A stretch of 56,567 bases of DNA from a virus (lineage: Duplodnaviria; Caudoviricetes): positions 1-56,567 of the IMG/VR virus record IMGVR_UViG_3300030103_000728. One strand, 5' to 3'. Below, one piece after another: positions 46,495-55,270 of this stretch. The notes beneath the pieces are model-generated. The model was not told where the DNA came from. It was given only the letters and a program-made list of their open reading frames with translations, and made no database searches. The translations under genes were made by a program, and so were the position numbers. How positions within the stretch are numbered: the first letter of the stretch is position 1; each line of letters opens with the position of its first letter.

Positions 46495-46874
46495 TACAGG
46501 CGTTCATAGGTCCAATAGCGAACCTTGCCGGTACATGGCTCAACGGCAAGGTAGAAGAGAAGAAGGCTGAGTCCGCAACTAAGGTTGCCAAGGCGCAGGC
46601 TGAAGCTGTGGTCATGCAGAAAAAAGCCACTGGGGAGATTGACTGGGATCTTGAGATGGCAAAGGGTAGTCAGTCTTCGTGGAAAGACGAATGGCTTACT
46701 ATTTTGTTTTCGATCCCGCTTATTTTAGCCTTCATTCCGGGCATGGAGGAAGTAGTTGCAAACGGATTCGCACAACTCAATGCGATGCCTGAATGGTATC
46801 AATATTCCTTGGGAGTTATCGTTGCCGCTTCTTTTGGAGTTCGTAGCGCGACTAAATTCTTCGGGAAGAAATAA
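46491..46874 (+). CDS. Putative holin (GTA 3TM-holin-like)
   Basis: SWKDEWLTILFSIPLILAFIP...MPEWYQYSLGVIVAASFGVR; two hydrophobic helices plus an N-terminal amphipathic helix. Confidence 0.65.
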   Translation: MIQAFIGPIANLAGTWLNGKVEEKKAESATKVAKAQAEAVVMQKKATGEIDWDLEMAKGSQSSWKDEWLTILFSIPLILAFIPGMEEVVANGFAQLNAMPEWYQYSLGVIVAASFGVRSATKFFGKK

Positions 46875-46928
46875 TGGCGAAATGGGGCTTACACGAGCGG
46901 ACGACAGAAGAGCAAGCGAGGATTAATC

Positions 46929-47147
46929 GTGGCAGACGTGACAATGGAAAGGTTTCTCAAGTGGAAGATATTACCCCGCTTGATGATGATTATGATGTCA
47001 ATATCGGCTTGGCGGGTAGTGGAGTGGTTTATGACATTGCCAGACCCTACACCAGCGCAGGCAGGCTTAGTTAGTGTAGTGACAGGAGCCATGACCGGCG
47101 CATTTGCTGTGTGGTTGGGCCACGAAAAGGAAAAAGGCAATGGCTAG
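46929..47147 (+). CDS. Small two-TM membrane protein
   Basis: WKILPRLMMIMM...WFMTLPDPT..QAGLVSVVTGAMTGAFAVWLG. Confidence 0.6.
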   Translation: MADVTMERFLKWKILPRLMMIMMSISAWRVVEWFMTLPDPTPAQAGLVSVVTGAMTGAFAVWLGHEKEKGNG

Positions 47148-47526
47148 ACCTAGAGCAGCACAGTTTGGCAGAGACATTGGTGTCTCGACGGCAGGAGCAA
47201 AAAAGCTTATAAATGAAGGACGGCGTCGTAACGACGGCGGCTCACAAGTTTTGGAGAGACACATGTCAGAAATGAAAGAAAAAGTAACCCCGCCCCGTCC
47301 GCTACCTCCAGAGGCTAGGGCGCGTAGAGAAAACTCTAAGATGTACAAGAAGAAGGGCCGTCCTAATCCTGGTGATCGGAACGAGAGAAAGAATCCTGGT
47401 CAGACAGATGTAGAGACTCGTGAGGCTGCTATGGGTACATATGTAGAAGCCGGAGACGGTAAGTACATGTCTTGTCGTGGTATGGGCGCAGCCATTAAAG
47501 GCGGCAAGTTTTCGGGAACAAGGTAA
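47140..47526 (+). CDS. Basic protein with C-terminal RGMGAAIKGGKFSG tag
   Basis: Start MARPRAAQF at 47140; ends CRGMGAAIKGGKFSGTR. Confidence 0.6.
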   Translation: MARPRAAQFGRDIGVSTAGAKKLINEGRRRNDGGSQVLERHMSEMKEKVTPPRPLPPEARARRENSKMYKKKGRPNPGDRNERKNPGQTDVETREAAMGTYVEAGDGKYMSCRGMGAAIKGGKFSGTR

Positions 47527-48269
47527 TGCCTAGAGGTTTTGGTGGAGAAACTGCTGCTCAAGAAGCTAGGGGTCCAGGTGGAGGTGCGGCTTCTCCTGAG
47601 AGAGAACGTCAGGTAACAGAAGCACGTCAGCAAGCAGGATACGCGCAGGCCCAAAGAGACAAGGGCAGGGACAATGTCCAGGACTTTATGCTTGCCACAG
47701 GAAGAACCGAAACAAATCCATACGGAAACGAAGGGTTTTTTAGCCGAGTTTTCGGTATTGACCCAAAGAATATAAGCTATGCGAACAATATCCCCGGTGG
47801 GTCAGCCGGAATTGCAAACTTGAACCGTCTGGCCTATGACAGGTTTACGAACCCATATGCATCTGTAAATGTATTGGGCCGTCGTGTTGGCGGCGATGCA
47901 GCCACTGGACAGCTCCGCGAAGGTCTATCTGCGGGGGACATGACCAGCCGTGGTATGGTAGCTGCGCAGCGCAGACCCATGTCTGGGCAGGAAATGGCAG
48001 GCCGAGGCATATTTAGTATACTCGCTGCGGGGACACCTGTTGGATTACTTACTGGTGCGCTGAGAAAAGATCCATTGGCAATCCAAGGCACAGAGTTTTA
48101 CGACTCCACACTTGATCCAGCCAGTGAAGATTTCACAGGATCAAGCGGGATGTTTAGTAATATGTTGAAGCCACTTACAGGTGGTATTACATATGGTGAT
48201 GTAGAGCCGAAGATAAGCCCAATGGTAGAGGGCGCAAAACAGTTTTTCCAAGCGGGGCTAAAAAGATGA
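47526..48269 (+). CDS. Hypothetical protein
   Basis: TAATG-coupled 247-aa ORF. Confidence 0.55.
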   Translation: MPRGFGGETAAQEARGPGGGAASPERERQVTEARQQAGYAQAQRDKGRDNVQDFMLATGRTETNPYGNEGFFSRVFGIDPKNISYANNIPGGSAGIANLNRLAYDRFTNPYASVNVLGRRVGGDAATGQLREGLSAGDMTSRGMVAAQRRPMSGQEMAGRGIFSILAAGTPVGLLTGALRKDPLAIQGTEFYDSTLDPASEDFTGSSGMFSNMLKPLTGGITYGDVEPKISPMVEGAKQFFQAGLKR

Positions 48270-48769
48270 AAATAGAAATAAAACTTATCCCTGACGGTCT
48301 GGATCTGGCTAAAGAAATTCAAGACGGAACTCCTGTGGATCAAATGCAGGGAGAGTGCCCTGCTGCGACACAAGATTTAGACTTAAATCTTGAGAACAGG
48401 CAAAAGGCGATTGATGAGTATGGGTATGGTCCTCTGAATCCAAACCTTGATGATACAGGTAAGAACGATAGCTTCTGGCAGAAAATAGCGAACACATTTA
48501 ATACAGAAATAGAGGCTGCAAAAGACAGCCGATGCGGTAATTGTGCGGCCTTTAACCTAACGTCAAAAATAAAAGATTGCATTGCTGAAGGCATTGGTAT
48601 GGATGGTGGTGCAGATCCATATGCATCTGTGGATGCGGGTGACATAGGGTACTGTCAGTTTATAAAGTTCAAATGTGCGTCCATGCGTGTGTGTAATGCT
48701 TGGGTTTCTGGTGGTCCAATAACTGATATGAACATGAAGGACAACCACGAGCCTTGCGGCTGTTCGTAA
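48266..48769 (+). CDS. Cys-rich protein with HiPIP-like Cys spacing
   Basis: CPAATQD...YGPLNP...RCGNCAAF...GYCQFIKFKCASMRVCNAW. Confidence 0.6.
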   Translation: MKIEIKLIPDGLDLAKEIQDGTPVDQMQGECPAATQDLDLNLENRQKAIDEYGYGPLNPNLDDTGKNDSFWQKIANTFNTEIEAAKDSRCGNCAAFNLTSKIKDCIAEGIGMDGGADPYASVDAGDIGYCQFIKFKCASMRVCNAWVSGGPITDMNMKDNHEPCGCS

Positions 48770-48791
48770 AAGACTGCTATAGAAGGGGCAA

Positions 48792-49001
48792 ATGGACGTA
48801 ATACAATTTTTATCAAGGTATCGTAAAGCCTTGCAAACTCGTGTGGACGATATTAGCATTTCCGTGACAAGCGGCAGTGCATCCGATATCGGACAATACC
48901 GCGCAATGGTTGGTGAGATTCAGGGACTCACCTACGCATTAGATGAACTCCAAACCCTGCTAAAAAAGGTAAACTATGACGAAGACTCTATTCGTTCCTG
49001 A
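48792..49001 (+). CDS. Conserved small head-module protein
   Basis: QYRAMVGEIQGL helix; directly upstream of GroES. Confidence 0.6.
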   Translation: MDVIQFLSRYRKALQTRVDDISISVTSGSASDIGQYRAMVGEIQGLTYALDELQTLLKKVNYDEDSIRS

Positions 49002-49410
49002 CCACATAATACGGCAACAGCAAGCCAAAAAAGAAGCTGAACAACTAGCAAAAAATAAACCTATCACAGAACGTGTGCCGCAACCCACAGGCTGGCGCAT
49101 TCTTGTTATGCCGTATGCAGGTAAAGACAAGACTGAAGGTGGTGTTTATGTGCCGGATCAAGCCAAAGACCGAGAAGCACGGGGCACAATGGTAGCCTAT
49201 GTGGTTAAGGTCGGGCCGCTTGCCTACAAAGATCAAGACAAATTTGGTCCTGATTCCGAGCCTTGGTGCAAGGAAGGTGATTGGATTTGTATTGGTCGCT
49301 ACGCTGGATCTCGTTTTAATATTGAAGGCGGCGAGGTTCGTATTATCAATGACGATGAGGTCATTGCAACTATTGTCGATCCAGACGACATAAAGACATA
49401 CGGAGCTTAG
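48976..49410 (+). CDS. groES: Co-chaperonin GroES (Cpn10)-like protein
   Basis: PTGWRILV...KTEGGVYVP...VVKVGP...KEGDWICIGRYAGSRF...RIINDDEVIA. Confidence 0.88.
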   Translation: MTKTLFVPDHIIRQQQAKKEAEQLAKNKPITERVPQPTGWRILVMPYAGKDKTEGGVYVPDQAKDREARGTMVAYVVKVGPLAYKDQDKFGPDSEPWCKEGDWICIGRYAGSRFNIEGGEVRIINDDEVIATIVDPDDIKTYGA

Positions 49411-49411
49411 T

Positions 49412-50290
49412 ATGCAAAACAATCTTGCTGAGAAAGAAGAAGAACTAGAAGTCGTAGAGGCTGAACAGGAAGAGGAGCAGCAAGAGGCTGCTCCAGCAGA
49501 GGAAACCGCAGAGCAGGAAACCGCAGCTTCTGAAGATGATGAGCTTGAGCAGTATTCTGATTCTGTCCAGCGTAGAATTAGTAAACTTACCAACCGCTTT
49601 CGGGAAGAAGAGAGACAGCGACAAGCTGCTTTGGAGTACGCCGAGGCTGTAAAAAAGCAGAACGACGAACTCAAGTCACGACTTGATAAGCTTGATCAGT
49701 CGTATGTTGGTGAGTTTGGCAGCAGACTGGAGTCCGAGGTCACGACAGCCAAGGAATCATACCGCAAAGCCTATGAAGACGGTGACGCGGATGCCATGTT
49801 TGAGGCCCAGCAAAAGATTAGTCAACTTGCCCTAGAACAGGCTAGGTATGCAGAAGCAAAGCGGCGTAATGAAGAGAGGGCTGAACAGCCGGCGCAAGAA
49901 GTCGCGCAGCAGCCTGCACCGCAGCAGCAAGCCCAGCCAGATCCAAAAGCGGAGTCTTGGGCAAAAAACAACGAATGGTTCGGTACTGATCAAACAATGA
50001 CCTATGCTGCTTTTGGCATACATAGGCAATTAATTGAGGATGAAGGATTTGACCCAACCTCAGATGAGTATTATACTGAGCTTGACAAACGAGTTCGCGT
50101 TGAGTTTCCACACAAGTTCAAGGAGACAAAACGTGACTCTGGACCCAGAGTCGCTTCTGCTGAGTCCACGGCGTCAAAGTCGTCGTCACCAAAGGGGCGC
50201 AGAACAGTCAAACTGTCTCCTTCGCAGATTGCCATTGCGAAACGACTGAATGTTCCGCTTGAAGAATATGCAAAGTATGTAAAGGAGTAG
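49412..50290 (+). CDS. Capsid scaffolding protein
   Basis: Acidic coiled coil; C-term VKLSPSQIAIAKRLNVPLEEYAKY; upstream of the capsid gene. Confidence 0.7.
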   Translation: MQNNLAEKEEELEVVEAEQEEEQQEAAPAEETAEQETAASEDDELEQYSDSVQRRISKLTNRFREEERQRQAALEYAEAVKKQNDELKSRLDKLDQSYVGEFGSRLESEVTTAKESYRKAYEDGDADAMFEAQQKISQLALEQARYAEAKRRNEERAEQPAQEVAQQPAPQQQAQPDPKAESWAKNNEWFGTDQTMTYAAFGIHRQLIEDEGFDPTSDEYYTELDKRVRVEFPHKFKETKRDSGPRVASAESTASKSSSPKGRRTVKLSPSQIAIAKRLNVPLEEYAKYVKE

Positions 50291-50293
50291 AAA

Positions 50294-50743
50294 ATGGCTG
50301 AAAGAACTACACGCGAATCAAAGAGTCGCGCAAACACCCAACGGCGCAAGCCTTGGGCACCACCTTCAAAGCTGGAAGCACCAGAACCACCAGCAGGGTA
50401 CAAGCATCGTTGGATCAGAACTGCCATTCGTGGTGAGGATGATAAAACAAATGTACACTCAAAGATGCGTGAGGGATGGGAACCAGTTCGTGCAGATGAA
50501 TATCCTGACGAAATGGATCGTTATCCAGTGCTTGAAGAGGGTAAGAATGCAGGAATTATTGGTGTCGGCGGACTAATGCTGTGCCGTATTCCTGAAGAAA
50601 CGGTAGAGGAAAGAACTGAATATTTTCGGGAGCAGACCCGCAACCAAATCAAGGCCGTTGATGAGAACCTAATGAGGGAACAACATCCCTCTATGCCCAT
50701 CCATAATGATAGGCAAAGTCGTGTATCTTTTGGTGGTAAGTAA
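50294..50743 (+). CDS. Conserved head-module protein
   Basis: WAPPSKLEAP..PAGYKHRWIR...REGWEPV...GVGGLMLCRIPEE. Confidence 0.65.
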   Translation: MAERTTRESKSRANTQRRKPWAPPSKLEAPEPPAGYKHRWIRTAIRGEDDKTNVHSKMREGWEPVRADEYPDEMDRYPVLEEGKNAGIIGVGGLMLCRIPEETVEERTEYFREQTRNQIKAVDENLMREQHPSMPIHNDRQSRVSFGGK

Positions 50744-50772
50744 CCACCTAACTTAGAGAGAAAGGTAGCATT

Positions 50773-51387
50773 ATGGCAAACGTCAATGTTGCATTCGGCA
50801 TGAAGCCGATTAATAACGCAGGTAGCACACCAGCTACAGGCGGTACTAATGCATACTTGATCGCCAGTGATGCGTCGGCAATCTATCAGGGTTCTGCGGT
50901 AAAAGCTGTTAATGGCGGTTCAATCGCCATTGGTTCTGCTTCCGGGGACACTGTAGCATTTGTTGGCGTTTTTGCTGGTTGTGAGTATGTATCTTCGTCA
51001 ACAGGGAAAAAAGTCTTTTCAAATTTCTGGCCTGGTTCAGGGGCGGACACAAACTTCGATATTATCGGATTTGTGTACGACAACCCGCTCCAGCGTTTTG
51101 TAATTTGTACAGACGCTTCTTTCACGGATCAGGCAACCGCTGAAGCAGCTATTTTTGAAAGCACAATGTTCAATAGCGGCGCAGGCGGAAGCACAACAAC
51201 AGGTATTTCCAACGCACAGTTGGATGTAGCTACGTTGGATTCATCCAATACCTCACTTCCTCTGAAGATTGTAGGTATTCAGGATGATGCAGACAACGAA
51301 GACTACGCTGCTGCTGGTCTGCCTGTGATTGTGATGTTCAACAACCACGCACTGCTTCAGGCCGATTCTGAAGCGGCAATTTCATAG
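50773..51387 (+). CDS. Putative capsid decoration/cement protein
   Basis: AFGMKP...AIYQGSAV...GVFAGCEY...VYDNP; immediately before the MCP. Confidence 0.6.
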   Translation: MANVNVAFGMKPINNAGSTPATGGTNAYLIASDASAIYQGSAVKAVNGGSIAIGSASGDTVAFVGVFAGCEYVSSSTGKKVFSNFWPGSGADTNFDIIGFVYDNPLQRFVICTDASFTDQATAEAAIFESTMFNSGAGGSTTTGISNAQLDVATLDSSNTSLPLKIVGIQDDADNEDYAAAGLPVIVMFNNHALLQADSEAAIS

Positions 51388-51399
51388 GGAGGCTAGACA

Positions 51400-52311
51400 A
51401 TGGCTATTTCTCGCGCACAACTCGCCAAAGAACTAGAACCAGGCCTCAACGCCCTCTTTGGTATGGAATACAACCGCTACGAAGGTCAGCATGCTGAGAT
51501 CTTTGACACCGAGTCATCAGACCGGGCGTTTGAAGAAGAAGTTATGCTGTCAGGTTTCGGTGCAGCCCCTGTGAAAAACGAGGGTTCTGGAATCTCCTAT
51601 GACGATGCAAATGAGGCGTATACCGCACGGTATAACCACGAGACCATCGCAATGGGCTTTTCAATCACGGAAGAGGCTATCGAAGATAACCTTTATGACC
51701 GTCTTGGTGCCCGCTATACACGCGCTCTTGCTCGTTCTATGGCACACACCAAGCAGGTTAAGGCTGCTTCTGTCCTCAACAATGGCTTCTCCGCTGGCGC
51801 ATTTGCTGGTGGTGACGGTGTAGCTCTTATGGCGACAAACCACCCGCTCACAAGCGGTGGCACGTTCTCAAACGAGCCAGCAACTGCCTCAGACCTTAAT
51901 GAGACTTCACTTGAAGACGCTCTTATCAGCATCGCTGGTTTCGTTGACGAGCGTGGACTCATCATTGCTCTTCGCGGCATGAAACTGATTGTTCCACGTC
52001 AACTGCAATTCGTTGCAGAGCGTCTGCTTGTTTCTAACCTCCGTGTTGGAACAGCCGACAACGACGTGAACGCGCTGAAGTCAATGGGCATGCTGCCTGA
52101 AGGCTATGTAGTCAACGACTACCTGACCGACACAGATGCATTCTTCATCAAGACTGATGCACCTAACGGTCTGAAGCACTTTGAGCGTACAGCCCTGTCA
52201 ACCAACATGGACCCAGACTTCGACACTGGTAACATGCGGTTCAAGGCTCGTGAGCGTTACAGCTTCGGCTTCTCAGACCCACGTTGTGTATTCGGTTCAC
52301 CCGGAGCATAA
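51400..52311 (+). CDS. Major capsid protein
   Basis: MAISRAQLAKELEPGLNALFG...SDRAFEEEV...RALARSMAHTKQ...FKARERYSFGFSDPR; strong SD GGAGG; terminator follows. Confidence 0.88.
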   Translation: MAISRAQLAKELEPGLNALFGMEYNRYEGQHAEIFDTESSDRAFEEEVMLSGFGAAPVKNEGSGISYDDANEAYTARYNHETIAMGFSITEEAIEDNLYDRLGARYTRALARSMAHTKQVKAASVLNNGFSAGAFAGGDGVALMATNHPLTSGGTFSNEPATASDLNETSLEDALISIAGFVDERGLIIALRGMKLIVPRQLQFVAERLLVSNLRVGTADNDVNALKSMGMLPEGYVVNDYLTDTDAFFIKTDAPNGLKHFERTALSTNMDPDFDTGNMRFKARERYSFGFSDPRCVFGSPGA

Positions 52312-52332
52312 CTGTAGGCACAAAGAAACTAG

Positions 52333-52359
52333 AGGGCGGCTTCCATGCCGCCCTTTTTT
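52333..52359 (+). terminator. Rho-independent terminator after the MCP
   Basis: AGGGCGGC-ttccat-GCCGCCCT followed by TTTTT. Confidence 0.85.
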
Positions 52360-52426
52360 ATTGTATAGTTACTTATCCCTGACAGCCGCACAGCGTGGCT
52401 GACACTAGCCACGACAGGAGTACAAA

Positions 52427-52888
52427 ATGGCTACAACTACTTTCTCTGGTCCTATTAAGGCCGGAACGATTAAGAACACAACAGGCACAACACTTGGCAC
52501 TAACATTGCCAATGTCGGTCAGGTTGTTATGGCTCAAACATTCTCAGTAGATCTTTCTGGTGGTGCAGTCGCAGCATCTGTAACTGACGTTGTTATCCCA
52601 GCAAACTCTCAAATTATTGACTGTGTGATTGATGTTATCACCGCAGCTAACACTGCAACTAACCTTAGTGTTGGTGACACTGTTGGTGGTGCTGCTACCA
52701 TTCTCAACACGTTTGCAATCGGAACAACTGCTGGTCGCAAGTATCCAACAACTCAAGCTGGCGCTGCATTGGCGTGGCAGGACACAGGAACAGCGGACAT
52801 TCGTTTGACTGTAACTGGCTCCGCTGCAACAAACGCAGGTCTTGTTCGTGTTACAATCCTGTACCAGCAGAATAACAACCTTGCTTAA
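52427..52888 (+). CDS. Structural protein (possible head fibre/decoration)
   Basis: MATTTFSGPIKAG...VIPANSQI...; SD AGGAG. Confidence 0.6.
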   Translation: MATTTFSGPIKAGTIKNTTGTTLGTNIANVGQVVMAQTFSVDLSGGAVAASVTDVVIPANSQIIDCVIDVITAANTATNLSVGDTVGGAATILNTFAIGTTAGRKYPTTQAGAALAWQDTGTADIRLTVTGSAATNAGLVRVTILYQQNNNLA

Positions 52889-52900
52889 TAGGAGGGCACA

Positions 52901-53173
52901 ATGGCTGCTTCTATTACAGCAAAGACTGCTACAGCTACAGGCACATTGCAGGGTGGTAGAACTCGTCTAAAGGCTTTCTATGTAAAGACAGCCTCTAGTG
53001 GGTCACCCGCCGTTGTGTTTAAGAACGGGAGCGGTGGTGCAACATTGTTGTCAATGGTGTTTCATACATCAGACGACAATCAAATCACCATTCCTGATCA
53101 CGGCATGATCTTCGATGATGAGTGTCATGTAACGCTCACTAACGTAGACTCTATCACTGGGTTCTTTGGCTAA
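52901..53173 (+). CDS. Small structural protein
   Basis: GRTRLKAF...IPDHGMIF; SD GGAGG. Confidence 0.6.
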   Translation: MAASITAKTATATGTLQGGRTRLKAFYVKTASSGSPAVVFKNGSGGATLLSMVFHTSDDNQITIPDHGMIFDDECHVTLTNVDSITGFFG

Positions 53174-53457
53174 TGGCTAGAAAGCCATCAAAGATGCCCA
53201 AGCGCAACAAAAAGAATTTCCGCTCCACTAAATCTGGAGCGGGAATGACTAAGGCTGGTGTTGCAGCGTATCGTCGTAAAAACCCGGGAAGCAAGCTTCA
53301 AACAGCGGTGACTGAGAGCAAGCCTAGCAAATCTCGTGCAAAGCGCCGCAAGTCATACTGCTCGCGTTCTGCTGGTCAGATGAAGATGCATAACATCAGT
53401 TGCAAGAAGACCCCTAAGAAACGTATCTGTGCAGCTCGTCGGAGATGGAAATGCTAA
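53173..53457 (+). CDS. Highly basic conserved phage protein
   Basis: GAGMTKAGVAAYRRKNPGSKLQTAVT...RRKSYCSRS...ARRRWKC. Confidence 0.65.
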   Translation: MARKPSKMPKRNKKNFRSTKSGAGMTKAGVAAYRRKNPGSKLQTAVTESKPSKSRAKRRKSYCSRSAGQMKMHNISCKKTPKKRICAARRRWKC

Positions 53458-53687
53458 ATATAGGAGTTACTGCAATCCTGGGTTTTGTTGCTTGGATAGC
53501 TCTGTCCGTAGTTGAGCTAAAGACAGACACAGCTGTTATAAGCGTCAAGGTTGATGAAAACCACAAGATGCTCACTACTTTGTGGGAAGACTACATAGAG
53601 AGGAATAAAGATGGGAATCTCGCGTGGGTCGCTCGAAAGCCAAATATCAAAGCCGCCCCAGAAGAAAAAGTTCAAGAAGGTTCGTAA
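53451..53687 (+). CDS. Small membrane-anchored protein
   Basis: N-terminal TM (IGVTAILGFVAWIALSVV) then coiled coil. Confidence 0.5.
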   Translation: MLNIGVTAILGFVAWIALSVVELKTDTAVISVKVDENHKMLTTLWEDYIERNKDGNLAWVARKPNIKAAPEEKVQEGS

Positions 53688-53711
53688 GGCTAAAAAACCA
53701 AAGAGGCAGAA

Positions 53712-53888
53712 ATGAGCAAGAAGGATGCATGCTATCACAAAGTTAAACGCCGCTATAAGGTCTTCCCGTCGGCGTATGCAAGCGGTGCCATCGCAAAATG
53801 CCGAAAAGTTGGCGCAGCAAACTGGGGTAACAGCAAAAAGAAAGCAACCGGCGGAACGTACAAGTACCGCACAACAAAGATTTATTGA
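53712..53888 (+). CDS. Basic small protein (58 aa, not in ORF track)
   Basis: MSKKDACYHKVKRRYKVFPSAYASGAIAKCRKVGAANWGNSKKKATGGTYKYRTTKIY*. Confidence 0.7.
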   Translation: MSKKDACYHKVKRRYKVFPSAYASGAIAKCRKVGAANWGNSKKKATGGTYKYRTTKIY

Positions 53889-53893
53889 CCGCG

Positions 53894-54121
53894 ATGATAC
53901 ATGTGTTTGTCTTAATGGTGTACCTGGGAACGGGTGAAGACAGACGCTTAACAAGTGCAGATATGCATTTTAGATCTGTTACAGAATGTAACTATTTTGC
54001 TGCCGAGGTTTCAAAGAGGTACGGAAACTACGGCTATAAAGACTACATAGATCCGAAGGACCGCGTCACTGCTTACTGTGTGCCAAAGTACGTCAAGGAA
54101 GGAAGCGTGGAGGTGTATTAA
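53894..54121 (+). CDS. Hypothetical protein
   Basis: MIHVFVLMVYLG...FRSVTECNYFA...TAYCVP. Confidence 0.55.
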   Translation: MIHVFVLMVYLGTGEDRRLTSADMHFRSVTECNYFAAEVSKRYGNYGYKDYIDPKDRVTAYCVPKYVKEGSVEVY

Positions 54122-54816
54122 TGGATCCAGTATCAGCGATGGCAGCAGCTTCCGCAGCTTTTGGCGCAATCAAAAAAGGTATGCAGGTAGGACGTGATAT
54201 TGAGTCGATGGCTTCCGACTTGTCACGGTGGATGGGTGCGCTCAGTGACCTGGATATGCTGGAAAAAGAAGCTAAGAACCCTCCTCTGTTTAAAAAGCTG
54301 TTCGCTGGTAAATCTGTTGAACAAGAGGCAATAGAAACCTTTGCGGCTAAAGAAAAAGCTGAACAGCAAAGACGAGAGCTTCAACAATGGATTGGCCTTA
54401 CTCTTGGTAAATCCAAATGGGACTCCCTTGTGAAAATGGAAGGTCAGATCCGAAAGCAGCGCCAGGAAACATTGTATCGTCAGAGGCAACGTAGGCGCAA
54501 ATTTGTTGAGATTGTGGCGTGGATTTTAGTGGCCTGTGTAGGGTCAGGGGTTTTACTGGGTTTTGTAATGTTCCTAAAAAGTGCAGCTAACGCAGCATCC
54601 ATACCGGAGTATGTAGATTGCCGACTCAAAGGTTGTGAGCTTATAGACGGGCAGCGTGTATGTATATATCATGGGCCTAATAACACTGTTGACAGCGTAT
54701 GGTTAGGCTTGAACGAGTTTTTCCCACGGGAAATAAAGTGCAAGTACGATCCGAAGAATGAGAAGCCTGCCACTATGCGGGAGACATTCGATGCGATTAA
54801 AAAGTCAAGGAAGTAA
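54121..54816 (+). CDS. Membrane protein with coiled coil, TM and C-terminal Cys domain
   Basis: MDPVSAMAAASAAF...; TM FVEIVAWILVACVGSGVLLGFVMFL; CRL..C..CIY..KC. Confidence 0.6.
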   Translation: MDPVSAMAAASAAFGAIKKGMQVGRDIESMASDLSRWMGALSDLDMLEKEAKNPPLFKKLFAGKSVEQEAIETFAAKEKAEQQRRELQQWIGLTLGKSKWDSLVKMEGQIRKQRQETLYRQRQRRRKFVEIVAWILVACVGSGVLLGFVMFLKSAANAASIPEYVDCRLKGCELIDGQRVCIYHGPNNTVDSVWLGLNEFFPREIKCKYDPKNEKPATMRETFDAIKKSRK

Positions 54817-54819
54817 ACA

Positions 54820-55104
54820 ATGGCGGTACGCAAGACGAAAAAGGGCTTGGCTCTTAAAAGATGGTTTAAGGAAAAGTGGACGGACCAGCGTACAGGAAAA
54901 CCGTGTGGCCGTCGCAAGGGTGAAAAACGGGGTACTCCATATTGTCGCCCCTCTAAGAGAGTTTCCAGTAAAACTCCTAAAACATCTAGCGAAATGACAG
55001 CAGCAGAGAAGCGTAGTAGAATTGCGCAGAAGAAACGTATTGGGCAACCAGCCGGAAAGCCCCGGCGTGTAAAAGCATTAAGGAGAAAGAAACGTGGCAA
55101 ATAA
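54820..55104 (+). CDS. Highly basic conserved phage protein
   Basis: LKRWFKEKW...KPCGR...PYCRPSKRVSSKTPKT. Confidence 0.65.
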   Translation: MAVRKTKKGLALKRWFKEKWTDQRTGKPCGRRKGEKRGTPYCRPSKRVSSKTPKTSSEMTAAEKRSRIAQKKRIGQPAGKPRRVKALRRKKRGK

Positions 55105-55270
55105 AAAGTTCCCGGATTTGAACAAGGATGGCGATGTTACGAAAGCTGACATTTTAAAGGGACGTGGTGTTCCTGGTTTTAGTCATGGCGGCATGCACTG
55201 TTCCCCCCGCAAAGAAATGGCTGGTGCTATAACTATGCCAAAGAAAAATGTCACTAACAGACGTTCTTAA
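55094..55270 (+). CDS. Small protein with EF-hand-like loop (58 aa, not in ORF track)
   Basis: GTG after AGGAG; NKKFPDLNKDGDVTKADILKGRGVPGFSHGGMH... Confidence 0.6.
   Translation: MANKKFPDLNKDGDVTKADILKGRGVPGFSHGGMHCSPRKEMAGAITMPKKNVTNRRS

Noticed and set aside
46874-47074. TAATG-coupled ORF after the holin as an Rz/Rz1-type spanin
   Set aside because: It has no lipobox or TM segment. The overlapping 46929 frame has the membrane-protein features, although translation of 46874 cannot be excluded.
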